NCBI GenBank assembly: GCA_030536235.1
Contig: JAUNQK010000004.1
Span: 1 to 36,468 of the forward strand
From: Bacillota bacterium
GTDB lineage: Bacteria > Bacillota > Clostridia > Peptostreptococcales > Anaerovoracaceae
Direction: 5' to 3'
Length of the DNA stretch: 36,468 nt
The notes below the pieces were generated by a model. It was given only the letters and a program-made list of their open reading frames with translations. It was not told where the DNA came from and made no database searches. How positions within the stretch are numbered: position 1 is the first letter of the stretch; each line of letters opens with the position of its first letter. The translations under genes and the position numbers were made by a program. Of the stretch, positions 17,098 to 26,106 are shown in pieces.

Positions 17098-17605
17098 AAT
17101 TAAAGAAACAATAGTAGTAGAAGGGCGCGACGATTTATCGGCAGTGCTTGCTGCTGTTGAGGCAAATGTGATTTGCACTCACGGCTACGGAATTAAAAAA
17201 ACAACGCTCGAAGAAATTAAAAAAGCTAATGAAACTTGTGGCGTTATAGTTTTTACTGATCCCGACCATGCAGGGCAAGTTATTAGAGAAAAAGTTTTAA
17301 GTGTTTGCCCAAATGCTAAGCAGGCATTCTTAACAAAGAACCAGGCTTATAAGGATGGTGACATTGGCATCGAAAATGCTAAGCCCGAGGATATTATCAA
17401 TGCTTTAAATGCTGCAGCTGCAAGCATTGGTGGAAAAGATAAATACACTATGGCTGATATGGATAGACTTGGTCTTTCAGGAGCAAGCGATAGTGCAAAG
17501 AAAAGAGCAGAGCTTGGCGCAAAGCTTGGCATTGGCAGCGGAAATGCTAAAGCATTTTTAAAGAAACTTAATTATTTAAATATAGACGAAGAATTATTGA
17601 AATGA
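17090..17605 (+). CDS. rnmV: ribonuclease M5 (Toprim domain)
   Basis: IVVEGRDDLSAV, VIVFTDPDHAGQVIREKV and GIENAKPEDI match B. subtilis RnmV by eye. Confidence 0.85.
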   Translation: MNRIKETIVVEGRDDLSAVLAAVEANVICTHGYGIKKTTLEEIKKANETCGVIVFTDPDHAGQVIREKVLSVCPNAKQAFLTKNQAYKDGDIGIENAKPEDIINALNAAAASIGGKDKYTMADMDRLGLSGASDSAKKRAELGAKLGIGSGNAKAFLKKLNYLNIDEELLK

Positions 17606-18987
17606 AAAGATCGAGCGGAATATTATTGCCAGTGTTTTCACTTCCATCTAATTACGGTTGCGGAAGTCTTGGCAAAGAAGCTTACAATTTTATAAATTTT
17701 TTAGTTGAAGCTAAACAAACATATTGGCAGATGCTTCCGATTAACCATGTCGGCTACGGAAACTCTCCATATTATTGCTATTCTTCTTTTGCAGGGAACC
17801 CAGCATTGATAGATCTTGATTTGTTAAAAGAAGATGGGATGCTTGATGGCTTTGATTTGGATTCTTTAGATTTTGGTTCTGATTTAACAAGAGTAAATTA
17901 CGAAAAGGTTAATGCGTTAAAATCTAAAGCTCTGCATTATGCATTTGAACACAGAAATATTTTTGAAGAATTTGAAAACTTTAAAAACGAAAATTCAAGA
18001 TGGCTTAAACCATATGCAGAGTTTATGGCAAAAAAGGATAATGATGAATCTGAATACCATGAATTTGTTCAGTTCATTTTCTATAAACAGTGGTATGCAT
18101 TAAAGAAATATGCAAATGACAATGGAATTAAACTGATTGGCGATGTTCCTGTTTATGTTCCACTTGATTCTGCTGACGTTATGGCCGAGCCAGAGTTCTT
18201 TATGCTAGACGAAAAGAATGTGCCTATCGAAGTTGCTGGTGTTCCACCAGATTACTTTAATGAAGAAGGGCAGCTTTGGGGCAATCCTCTTTACAATTGG
18301 GAGGCTATGAAAAATGATGGCTATGGTTGGTGGATTCGCAGAATGGACGGAACATTAAAGCTTTTTGATGTGGTTCGCATGGATCATTTTAGAGGCTTTG
18401 ATAGCTATTGGGCTGTTCCGTATGGTGAAACTAATGCAATCAATGGACATTGGGTTCAGGGCCCGGGAATAGAATTTGTTCATATCATGACATCTTGGTT
18501 TGGCCAGGACAAATTTATTGCAGAAGATTTAGGTATATTAAGTGAAAGCGTTCGAAATCTTTTGAGAGATTCCGGCCTGCCTGGAATGAGAGTTTTGGAA
18601 TTTGCTTTTACAAAGGATAAGACAAGTTCTTATTTACCATATAGATATGATCATAATTGTATCTGCTATACAGGAACTCATGATAATGCTCCTGTTATGG
18701 CTTGGGTTAAAGAGGCAGACGAAGAAGATTTAGCGTTTGCCAGAGAGTATTGCAATTGCATAAATGAAGATATGAATTGGGGCATGATTAAAGTTGGTAT
18801 GGCTTCAGTTGCAGATTTATTTGTTGCGCAAATGCAAGATTATTTAGGGCTTGATGAAAAATCCAGAACAAATACTCCGGGAACAGTTGGCGGAAACTGG
18901 GAATGGAGACTTAAAAAAGATGAAGCTTCAAAAGAGCTTGCGAAACGAATTGCTTTGCTTACAGAAAATTATGGCAGGGCTAGGTGA
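17602..18987 (+). CDS. malQ: 4-alpha-glucanotransferase (amylomaltase, GH77)
   Basis: RSSGILLPVFSLPSNYGCGSLG, LIGDVPVYV, QLWGNPLYNW, VRMDHFRGF, IAEDLG, TGTHDN. Confidence 0.9.
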   Translation: MKRSSGILLPVFSLPSNYGCGSLGKEAYNFINFLVEAKQTYWQMLPINHVGYGNSPYYCYSSFAGNPALIDLDLLKEDGMLDGFDLDSLDFGSDLTRVNYEKVNALKSKALHYAFEHRNIFEEFENFKNENSRWLKPYAEFMAKKDNDESEYHEFVQFIFYKQWYALKKYANDNGIKLIGDVPVYVPLDSADVMAEPEFFMLDEKNVPIEVAGVPPDYFNEEGQLWGNPLYNWEAMKNDGYGWWIRRMDGTLKLFDVVRMDHFRGFDSYWAVPYGETNAINGHWVQGPGIEFVHIMTSWFGQDKFIAEDLGILSESVRNLLRDSGLPGMRVLEFAFTKDKTSSYLPYRYDHNCICYTGTHDNAPVMAWVKEADEEDLAFAREYCNCINEDMNWGMIKVGMASVADLFVAQMQDYLGLDEKSRTNTPGTVGGNWEWRLKKDEASKELAKRIALLTENYGRAR

Positions 18988-18992
18988 TAGAG

Positions 18993-19700
18993 ATGAATAA
19001 TAATCCAATTGGAGTATTCGATAGTGGTGTTGGAGGGCTTTCATGCGTTCCAGCAATCGCCAAAGAACTTCCTAATGAACAAATTATATATTTTGGAGAT
19101 ACTGCCAGAGCCCCTTATGGATGCAGAGACCCTAAAGAGATAATAGAGTTTTCTTTAGAAGTTGCAGATAAATTAATTGGTATGGGATGTAAATCTTTAT
19201 CAATTGCATGTAATACTATAACTGCTGTTGCACTTGACGCGCTCGAAAAGCATTGCAGTGTTCCTGTGATTGGAATAATTCCTCCGGTAATTCAGTATCT
19301 AAATAGTAATTATGCAGATAAAAGAATTGGAGTTATTGCAACAGAAGCAACAGTAAAATCTGGTGCTTATCCATATAAAGCAAAGGCTGCAATTCCATTT
19401 GTTCCAAATATTGAAAAAGCAGGAACTGTTCCTGATGAAGTAATTAGAGAAGTTCTTGATGATTTCGTAGTTGATATTGATGTTTTGGTTCTTGGATGTA
19501 CACATTATCCATTTGCAAGGCCAAGCATTGAAAGATTATATAAAGACTTGATAATAGTTGACCCTGCAGAAGAGTTGGCAAAAAAGACAAAAGAAGTTCT
19601 TACAGCTAATAATTTACTTGCTAAGGAAAAGAAAGAGAATATTTATTTGGCAAGTAAGGTAACAGATACATTTAATGATATCGTAAGGAGGATAAAATGA
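18993..19700 (+). CDS. murI: glutamate racemase
   Basis: IGVFDSGVGGLS, catalytic Cys motifs IACNTITA and LGCTHYPF. ATG 18993 (SD AGGTGA 5 nt upstream) preferred over GTG 18984. Confidence 0.85.
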   Translation: MNNNPIGVFDSGVGGLSCVPAIAKELPNEQIIYFGDTARAPYGCRDPKEIIEFSLEVADKLIGMGCKSLSIACNTITAVALDALEKHCSVPVIGIIPPVIQYLNSNYADKRIGVIATEATVKSGAYPYKAKAAIPFVPNIEKAGTVPDEVIREVLDDFVVDIDVLVLGCTHYPFARPSIERLYKDLIIVDPAEELAKKTKEVLTANNLLAKEKKENIYLASKVTDTFNDIVRRIK

Positions 19701-20287
19701 TTGATCTTGAAAAACTCACAAAAAATTTAAAAGCAAACGGTTTTGAAGTCGCTCATTTTAACACTAAAGAAGAGGCTAGAGAGTATTTATCTTCAAAGCT
19801 TAACGGCAGAACAATTGGTTTCGGTGGCTCAATAACAACTGAAGAAATGCAGCTGATTGATGCCCTTAAAGAAAACAATACTTTATTACATCACTGGCAT
19901 GAAGGTATTTTGTCAGAAGCTGCTAAGGCCGATGTTTATATTTCTTCTGCAAATGCTATTGCTGAAACAGGTGAAATTATTAATATTGATGGCACAGGTA
20001 ACAGAGTATCATCAATGGCATTTGGCCATGAAGAATATTATATGATTATTGGCAAAAACAAGATCGCTAAAGATTATGACAAAGCGCTTTGGCGTGCAAG
20101 AAATATTGCTGCACCTAAAAATGCACAAAGACTTAACAGAAACACTCCTTGTGCTAAGAAGGGTGATAAATGCTATAACTGCAATAGCCCGGAAAGAATT
20201 TGCAGATGCTTAAACGTTCTTTGGAAAAAACCAGGATCATTTAAAACTTTTGAAATTATTTTAGTAGATGAGAATTTAGGATATTAA
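19697..20287 (+). CDS. LUD-domain (lactate utilization LutC/YkgG-like) protein with a Cys-rich C-terminus
   Basis: Size and pattern fit the LUD/DUF162 family (GFGGSITTEE, SANAIAETGEIINIDGTGNR). C-terminal CAKKGDKCYNCNSPERICRC. SD AGGAGG and ATGA overlap. Confidence 0.65.
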   Translation: MIDLEKLTKNLKANGFEVAHFNTKEEAREYLSSKLNGRTIGFGGSITTEEMQLIDALKENNTLLHHWHEGILSEAAKADVYISSANAIAETGEIINIDGTGNRVSSMAFGHEEYYMIIGKNKIAKDYDKALWRARNIAAPKNAQRLNRNTPCAKKGDKCYNCNSPERICRCLNVLWKKPGSFKTFEIILVDENLGY

Positions 20288-20290
20288 TGT

Positions 20291-20463
20291 TAAAGACATC
20301 TTAGGTCTGAGGTTGAAAGTCCAAGCCAGCTATGGGCAAAGGGATCCACGTAAGCGCATAGCAAGAGGCATGCGTGATCATGGCATAGCTTAGAAGTAAG
20401 TCCTCGGAAAATCCGGTAAAGGCAAGTGTGGGGTCAAAGACCTGGTCAGCTAAGATGTTTTTA
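20291..20463 (+). ncRNA. candidate structured RNA / cis-regulatory element of unknown class upstream of a MATE gene
   Basis: 14-bp closing helix (20291-20304 / 20450-20463) with nested helices 20306-12/20402-08 and 20328-34/20384-90. A hairpin spans 20343-20379 and a small hairpin 20432-42. GC content is clearly above the flanks by eye. The only ORF across it is an antisense 61-aa ORF. Confidence 0.4.
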
Positions 20464-20474
20464 TAGATTTTGAA

Positions 20475-21854
20475 ATGTTCAAACAAAAATACAGTACAAA
20501 AGAAATTTTTGAAGAGCTTCCTATTAACAAATCTCTCTTTACTTTATCGCTTCCGGCTATTATAGGACAGCTAATAACACTTATTTATAACATAGCAGAT
20601 ACATTCTTTATTGGGCAGGTAAATAACCCATTAATGATTACTGCAACATCATTGGCATTCCCAATTTTCGCAATGACTGCACCGGTTTCTATTATTACTG
20701 GTACAGGTGGCGGAACATTGATTTCCAGATTGATGGGTGTTCATCAAGATGATGAAGCAAGAAGAGTATCAGCATATAGTATTTGTGTAAATATTGCTTT
20801 GGGGCTTATTTACTCTTTATTAGTATTTGCATTTTTAGAACCTCTTATTGTATTTCTTGGTGCAACAAAGGGTTCGGAAACTTTTATTTATACCAAACAA
20901 TACATGACATGGGTAGTAATTTTAGGTGGTCTTCCAACTATTGTTACAAACTCTATGGCAAATATGCTTAGAAGTGTAGGCCATTCAAAAGAGGCAGGTT
21001 TTGGAGTTGCCTTTGGCGGAATCATGAATATAGTATTAGACCCTATATTTATGTTCGTTCTTTTGCCTGATGGAATGGAAGTTGTTGGCGCAGGTGCTGC
21101 AACAATGATTTCTAACTGCGCTTCAGCTTTATATTTTGCAATTAAGATTTTCCAATTGCAAAAATCTACCCCGCTTAATTATTCATTTAAGTATGGTCTG
21201 CCAAGCAAAACAAATATGTTTAAGGTGTTTGCGGTTGGGCTTCCTTCAGCAACAACTACTTTGCTCTTTGATGTAAACAACATGCTTCTTAATAAGCTTA
21301 TGTCAGCATATGGAGATATTGCAGTTGCTGCTATCGGTATGACAGTTAAACTTGAAAGATTCTCACTTAATACTTGCATCGGTATCTGCCTTGGTATGAC
21401 ACCACTTGTTGCATACAATTATTCTTGCCGGAATTACAGCCGAATGAAAGACTATGTAAATACAACAAGAAGATGGGGCTTAATTATTAGTTTAATTAGC
21501 ATTGCTTTATATGAAATTTTTGCCGCTCCATTTGTAAGAATCTTTATTAAAGATGCTGCGACAGTAGCTCTTGGTGCTGCTTTTCTTAGGAGAAGAGCAA
21601 TTGCTTCCATATTTATGTTCTTAAACTTTTATATGGTGCATTTCTTCCAGGGCATTGGATCGGGCAAACACACATTCTGGTTATCGGTTATCCGTTACGC
21701 ATTTTTATGTATACCGGCACTGTTTGTAATGAATACGTGCTTTGGTATGTACGGGCTTCCAATGGCTCAGGCTGTTGGTGATAGCATTAGTGCTGCAATT
21801 TGTGCAGTTGTTTATACACGGTTCATTAAGAAAAACATTGATTGCGGAGAATAA
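20475..21854 (+). CDS. MATE-family efflux transporter
   Basis: 12-TM protein with a typical MATE N-terminus (LSLPAIIGQLITLIYNIADTFFIGQ). No SD upstream of the ATG. Confidence 0.85.
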   Translation: MFKQKYSTKEIFEELPINKSLFTLSLPAIIGQLITLIYNIADTFFIGQVNNPLMITATSLAFPIFAMTAPVSIITGTGGGTLISRLMGVHQDDEARRVSAYSICVNIALGLIYSLLVFAFLEPLIVFLGATKGSETFIYTKQYMTWVVILGGLPTIVTNSMANMLRSVGHSKEAGFGVAFGGIMNIVLDPIFMFVLLPDGMEVVGAGAATMISNCASALYFAIKIFQLQKSTPLNYSFKYGLPSKTNMFKVFAVGLPSATTTLLFDVNNMLLNKLMSAYGDIAVAAIGMTVKLERFSLNTCIGICLGMTPLVAYNYSCRNYSRMKDYVNTTRRWGLIISLISIALYEIFAAPFVRIFIKDAATVALGAAFLRRRAIASIFMFLNFYMVHFFQGIGSGKHTFWLSVIRYAFLCIPALFVMNTCFGMYGLPMAQAVGDSISAAICAVVYTRFIKKNIDCGE

Positions 21855-21855
21855 T

Positions 21856-23697
21856 ATGAAAAAGAGAATTACTGCTTTCCTTATGGCTTTGTTGGTGCTA
21901 TTTAGTGCTGTCCCTGTATTTGGTGCAAATGAAGCACGAACAGTAAGAATTTGTTATACACATGATGTACATTCACATCTTGATCAGGTGCCAAAGCTTT
22001 ATACGGCTTTGCATGAAGCTTCACTTGGTCTTGATTCTACAAATTGTATTTATGTAGATGGCGGAGACTTTTCGCAAGGAACGCTTTTTCAGGCCGGATA
22101 CGAAACGGGTGCGTATGAATATGGCGTATTATCACTTTTAGGTTGCAGTGCTGCTGCAATAGGAAACCATGAATGGGATCACGCAGGCGAAGGCTTTGCA
22201 AAAATGATTAATTCAGCAAGAGAAAGATATGCTCCGCTTCCTCCACTTCTTGCTGCAAATTTAAACTTTGAAGGTGAACTTACAGAAGAACAAAAAGCCG
22301 TTAAAGATGCTTTAGATTCTATAGGCCCTCATGATTATACAATAATTGAAAGCTCGAATGGGCTAAAAATTGGTGTGTTTGGGCTTAGCGGCGATGAGTC
22401 GATTGCAGATTCTCCAACATCAGGTATGGTTTGGAAAAACTATATTAGTACAGCAAAGAGTGTTGCCTCGGAATTAAAAAACAAGTGCGATGTAATTATT
22501 TGTTTATCTCATTGCGGAACAAATGGTGATGGTAAAACAGGGGAAGATTTTGACTTAGCAGCTGAAGTTCCTGAGATTGATATGATAGTATCAGCTCATT
22601 CTCATACAGCTTACGCCGAGCCAATCTTTGCCGGAAACACATTAATCGCATCTGCCGGTTGCTATTTAGAAAACATGGGGTTCGTTGACATCACAGTTAA
22701 TGCATTTGGTGATGTAAGCTTTTCTAATTACACTCTTGTTGAATTAAATGACAATGTACAAGACAGTCTTTTAGTAAAACAATTTATTGACGGATATAAA
22801 ACAGATATTAATAATACATATCTTGCAGAATACGGGTATGAATATAACCAGAAAATTGCTCATTGCAGCTTTGACTTCATGTCGCTTGATGATATGTATG
22901 CTACTCACCAAGAGTATCCAATGGGCAATTTGATTGCAGATTCATATATATATGAAGCAAGAAAAAATGGCATTAATGATATAGATGTAGCTTTAGTAGG
23001 GCTTGGGACAATAAGAGGGTCGTTTACAGAAGGTGATATTACAACTTCTGATGCCTTTGATATTTGTTCACTTGGTGCAGGTAAGGATGGCTCGGCTGGG
23101 CACCCACTTCTTACTGCCTATATTACAGGAAAAGAACTAAAACTCTTAACAGAACTTGATGCATCACTTGGCCCAATGGTTTCATCAATTAAGATGAGCT
23201 ACAGTGGCCTTAGATATACATTTAATACTAAGCGTATGATTCTTGATAGAGTTACTAAGGTTGGGCTTCATGATGAATTTGGATTTAAAGAAGATTCTGA
23301 AATAGAAGACGATAAGCTCTATAAAGTATGCTGCAATATGTATGCTGCAAATATGCTTGGCATGCTTAATGGCCTTACAAAGGGTTTACTTTCCATTGTT
23401 CCAAAGGACGCAAATGGAAACCCAATTGAAGATTTTTATGATTGCGAAATGCTTACCGAAGATGGAAAAGAAATTAAAGAATGGTATGCATTTGCAGATT
23501 ATTTACACGAAATAGAAGAAATTCCTGATGCTTATAAAAAAGAACAGGGGAGAAAAGTTAAGATTGCACAAGGTGATATTGAATCTATTATAGAGCATCC
23601 GGGCCTTGCTACTTGGATTGCACTTGCAGCTATCATTCTTGTTTTATTAATTCTTTTCTTAATTATTAAATTGATTATTAGAATAATAAAAAAATAA
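21856..23697 (+). CDS. secreted bifunctional metallophosphatase / 5'-nucleotidase with C-terminal TM tail
   Basis: Signal peptide MKKRITAFLMALLVLFSAVPVFGA. Calcineurin-like motifs HDVHSH, DGGDF, GNHEWD and SHCG, plus a 5'-nucleotidase C-terminal domain. Terminal helix WIALAAIILVLLILFLII and no LPXTG. Start moved to ATG 21856. Confidence 0.8.
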   Translation: MKKRITAFLMALLVLFSAVPVFGANEARTVRICYTHDVHSHLDQVPKLYTALHEASLGLDSTNCIYVDGGDFSQGTLFQAGYETGAYEYGVLSLLGCSAAAIGNHEWDHAGEGFAKMINSARERYAPLPPLLAANLNFEGELTEEQKAVKDALDSIGPHDYTIIESSNGLKIGVFGLSGDESIADSPTSGMVWKNYISTAKSVASELKNKCDVIICLSHCGTNGDGKTGEDFDLAAEVPEIDMIVSAHSHTAYAEPIFAGNTLIASAGCYLENMGFVDITVNAFGDVSFSNYTLVELNDNVQDSLLVKQFIDGYKTDINNTYLAEYGYEYNQKIAHCSFDFMSLDDMYATHQEYPMGNLIADSYIYEARKNGINDIDVALVGLGTIRGSFTEGDITTSDAFDICSLGAGKDGSAGHPLLTAYITGKELKLLTELDASLGPMVSSIKMSYSGLRYTFNTKRMILDRVTKVGLHDEFGFKEDSEIEDDKLYKVCCNMYAANMLGMLNGLTKGLLSIVPKDANGNPIEDFYDCEMLTEDGKEIKEWYAFADYLHEIEEIPDAYKKEQGRKVKIAQGDIESIIEHPGLATWIALAAIILVLLILFLIIKLIIRIIKK

Positions 23698-25053
23698 ATG
23701 AAAAACGAATTGTTAAGTAACGATTTAACTACAGGCACTATATGGAAAAAGATGTTGGCATACTTCTTGCCACTTGCAGCAGGAACAGTATTCCAACAGC
23801 TGTATAATGCTGCCGATGGATTAATCGTTGGTAAATATGTAGGAACAATTGCACTTGCCGCCGTAGGTGGTTCTGCCGCATTAGTATCAAATGCACTTGT
23901 AAATTTCTTCGTAGGTTTAACAGGTGGCGGATCAATACTTATTGCTCAATTCTTTGGGGCAAACAATAAAAACAATTTAAAAAAATCTGTATCGACCTCA
24001 ATGATATTTGCTTTCTTTTGCGGAATTGCAATTAGCATTGCATGTTTCTTGTTAACATCGAATATTTTGGTATGGATGAAGAACCCTGCAGAATGCATGG
24101 AAGATTCAATTATTTATCTTCGCATAGTATTTTGCGGGCTGATGTTCCAGCTTGTTTATAATATGTCGGCCGGAATTCTTAGAGCAATTGGCGATTCAAG
24201 AACTCCATTTATCACTTTATCAGTTAGCTGCACAATAAACATTGCTCTTGATTTATTATTTGTTAAAGTGTTCGCTTGGGGTGTTGCAGGTGCTGCTTAT
24301 GCGACTATTATTTCTCAACTTGTTTGCGCGCTGCTTACAACTTCAAAATTAATTAAGTATAGAGCCGAAAGTTATGGTTTGAATTTAAAAGAACTGTGTT
24401 TTGATTGGAATATCTTAAAGAAATCTCTTGCCGTTGGTGTGCCTTTGGCATTCCAAACAATGATGTATGCGGTTACAAATATTCTAATTCAGGTAAGCAT
24501 TAATGTTCTTGGAACAGTTGATGTCGCTGCATGGGCTATTACCGGAAAGCTCGATGGATTCTTCTGGGGGTTCATGAGTGCGGCAAATGCAACGGTAACA
24601 AACTTTATTGGCCAAAACTATGGCAAGGGTGATTATGATAGAATGAAGAAGGGCGTCTATGCTTCATTCGCAATATTTATGATACTTGGGGTGGCCTACA
24701 GCGTGTCTCTTGTAGCATTCTCGAATCAGCTTATACCGTTATTCTCTGACGACCCTGCTGTATTTCTTGTATCAAAGAAAGTTATCAATATTATTGGGCC
24801 GTTCTATTGGGTTTGGGTATTTAATGAGATATTCTCAGGGGCCCTTCGAGGCGAAGGCAAAACTCTTATTTCCTTTATTATTATCGCAATTAGTATTTGC
24901 GGGTTTAGACTGGCCTGGCTTGCAACATTGTTTGCAGCCAAAAGCACAATAGAAATGCTGTCAATTTGCTACCCAGCTTCTTGGGCGGTAGCAAGCTGCG
25001 GCATGGCAATTTATTATATTATCCACATGAGACGCAAAGCTGTGGTACAATAA
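23698..25053 (+). CDS. MATE-family efflux transporter (second copy)
   Basis: YFLPLAAGTVFQQLYNAADGLIVGKYVG and a 12-TM profile. The start abuts the previous stop (TAAATG). Confidence 0.85.
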   Translation: MKNELLSNDLTTGTIWKKMLAYFLPLAAGTVFQQLYNAADGLIVGKYVGTIALAAVGGSAALVSNALVNFFVGLTGGGSILIAQFFGANNKNNLKKSVSTSMIFAFFCGIAISIACFLLTSNILVWMKNPAECMEDSIIYLRIVFCGLMFQLVYNMSAGILRAIGDSRTPFITLSVSCTINIALDLLFVKVFAWGVAGAAYATIISQLVCALLTTSKLIKYRAESYGLNLKELCFDWNILKKSLAVGVPLAFQTMMYAVTNILIQVSINVLGTVDVAAWAITGKLDGFFWGFMSAANATVTNFIGQNYGKGDYDRMKKGVYASFAIFMILGVAYSVSLVAFSNQLIPLFSDDPAVFLVSKKVINIIGPFYWVWVFNEIFSGALRGEGKTLISFIIIAISICGFRLAWLATLFAAKSTIEMLSICYPASWAVASCGMAIYYIIHMRRKAVVQ

Positions 25054-25089
25054 AACTAATTTACAAAAGAAAGAGGTGATTTAGTCCAA

Positions 25090-26106
25090 ATGGACTTAGG
25101 AAGTATTTCTGATATTCCGTTATATTACTATATAGCTTTAGTATTATTGCTATTAGGGGGAGTGTATTTTGCATCTGCAGAGACAAGTTTAGCCTCTGTG
25201 AATAAAATACGTATGATTTCTGATGCGGATGGTGGCAGCAAAAAGGCATCAAAAGTTTTGTATGTTTTAGACAATTTTGATGATGCTTTAACAGCACTTT
25301 TAATTGGAAACAATGTTATGCACATTGCTTTTTCTTCACTTTCAACTGTTTGTGTAACAAAGTTGTGGGGAAATGCCGCTGTTAGTATTGCAACCTTCAT
25401 AACGACTTTCATAGTTTTCATTTTTGCAGAGATGATTCCAAAGGCTTATGCCAAGGCGTGCTCTGAAAGAATTGCTCCAAATGTGGCCCCTTCATTAATA
25501 TTAATAATGAAGATACTTGTTCCATTAATAGCATTCTTTAAGGTGGTAACTAATTTAATTGTTAAACTTTTCCCTGCAGCAAAGGATGAAGATTTAACAG
25601 TAACAGAAGATGAGCTTTCAGATATTATTGAAAGCATTGACGAAGAAGATTGTATAGATGAAGATACAACAGAGCTTCTTCAGTCTGCTCTTGAATACAC
25701 AAAAAACACAGCAAAAGATATTCTTGTTCCGTGGGATAGAGTTGTAACTGTTGGCGAATGGATGGACGAAGACGAGATTTATAAAATCATCGACGAGAAC
25801 CATTACAGCAGATTACCGGTTCTTGATAAGAACGGTAATATCTTAGGTGTAATTCATATTAGAAAATTCTTAAAAGCAAAGATTAGACAAAGAAAAACTC
25901 TTAAGTCTAGATCGATGCTTGATAAACCATACTACATTCCAACAACATTGCCTATTGATGATATATTGCCAGATTTATCTGCCCATAGAACTCATATGGC
26001 ATTTGTTAAAAATGGTTCCAATCAAGTAATAGGAATTATTACGGTAGAAGATATTTTGGAACAGCTTGTTGGAGAAATATACGATGAAGAGGAGGTGCAA
26101 GAATAG
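25090..26106 (+). CDS. CNNM/DUF21 + CBS-pair membrane protein (hemolysin/CorB-like), lacking a CorC_HlyC domain
   Basis: DUF21 TM block (ETSLASVNKIRM..., LIGNNVMHIAF, EMIPKAYA) and a CBS pair (ILVPWDRVVTV ... ITVEDILEQLVGEIYDE). The protein ends right after the CBS pair. Confidence 0.8.
   Translation: MDLGSISDIPLYYYIALVLLLLGGVYFASAETSLASVNKIRMISDADGGSKKASKVLYVLDNFDDALTALLIGNNVMHIAFSSLSTVCVTKLWGNAAVSIATFITTFIVFIFAEMIPKAYAKACSERIAPNVAPSLILIMKILVPLIAFFKVVTNLIVKLFPAAKDEDLTVTEDELSDIIESIDEEDCIDEDTTELLQSALEYTKNTAKDILVPWDRVVTVGEWMDEDEIYKIIDENHYSRLPVLDKNGNILGVIHIRKFLKAKIRQRKTLKSRSMLDKPYYIPTTLPIDDILPDLSAHRTHMAFVKNGSNQVIGIITVEDILEQLVGEIYDEEEVQE

Noticed and set aside
20291-20463. Assignment of the structured element to a known riboswitch, ribozyme or RNA class (TPP, cobalamin, FMN, M-box, c-di-GMP-I, hammerhead, RNase P, SRP)
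   Set aside because: Isolated similarities exist (CUGAG and ACCUGGUC versus the THI box; GGUUGAAAGUCC versus the cobalamin/FMN GGUGAAAxUCC; UUAGGU...GCUAAG ends versus the M-box; GAGG..GAAAGUCC..AUGGGCA versus the RNase P P4 region). In every case the other invariant blocks are missing or in the wrong order: the B12 box GCCACUG, the TPP UAAU.CC.GCG, the FMN GCCGACAGU, and the hammerhead stem II. None of these assignments can be supported by eye. Group II intron fragment and MITE remain open alternatives (see finding).
20301-20486. 61-aa minus-strand ORF covering the structured intergenic element
   Set aside because: It is antisense to all neighbours, has no SD, and its sequence is composition-driven. 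The region is better explained by nested base-pairing. It runs into the MATE start on the other strand.
21742-21855. 38-codon extension of the 5'-nucleotidase ORF overlapping the 3' end of the MATE gene
   Set aside because: The ATG at 21856 begins a textbook signal peptide immediately after the MATE stop. The extension is just the MATE 3' end read in another frame.
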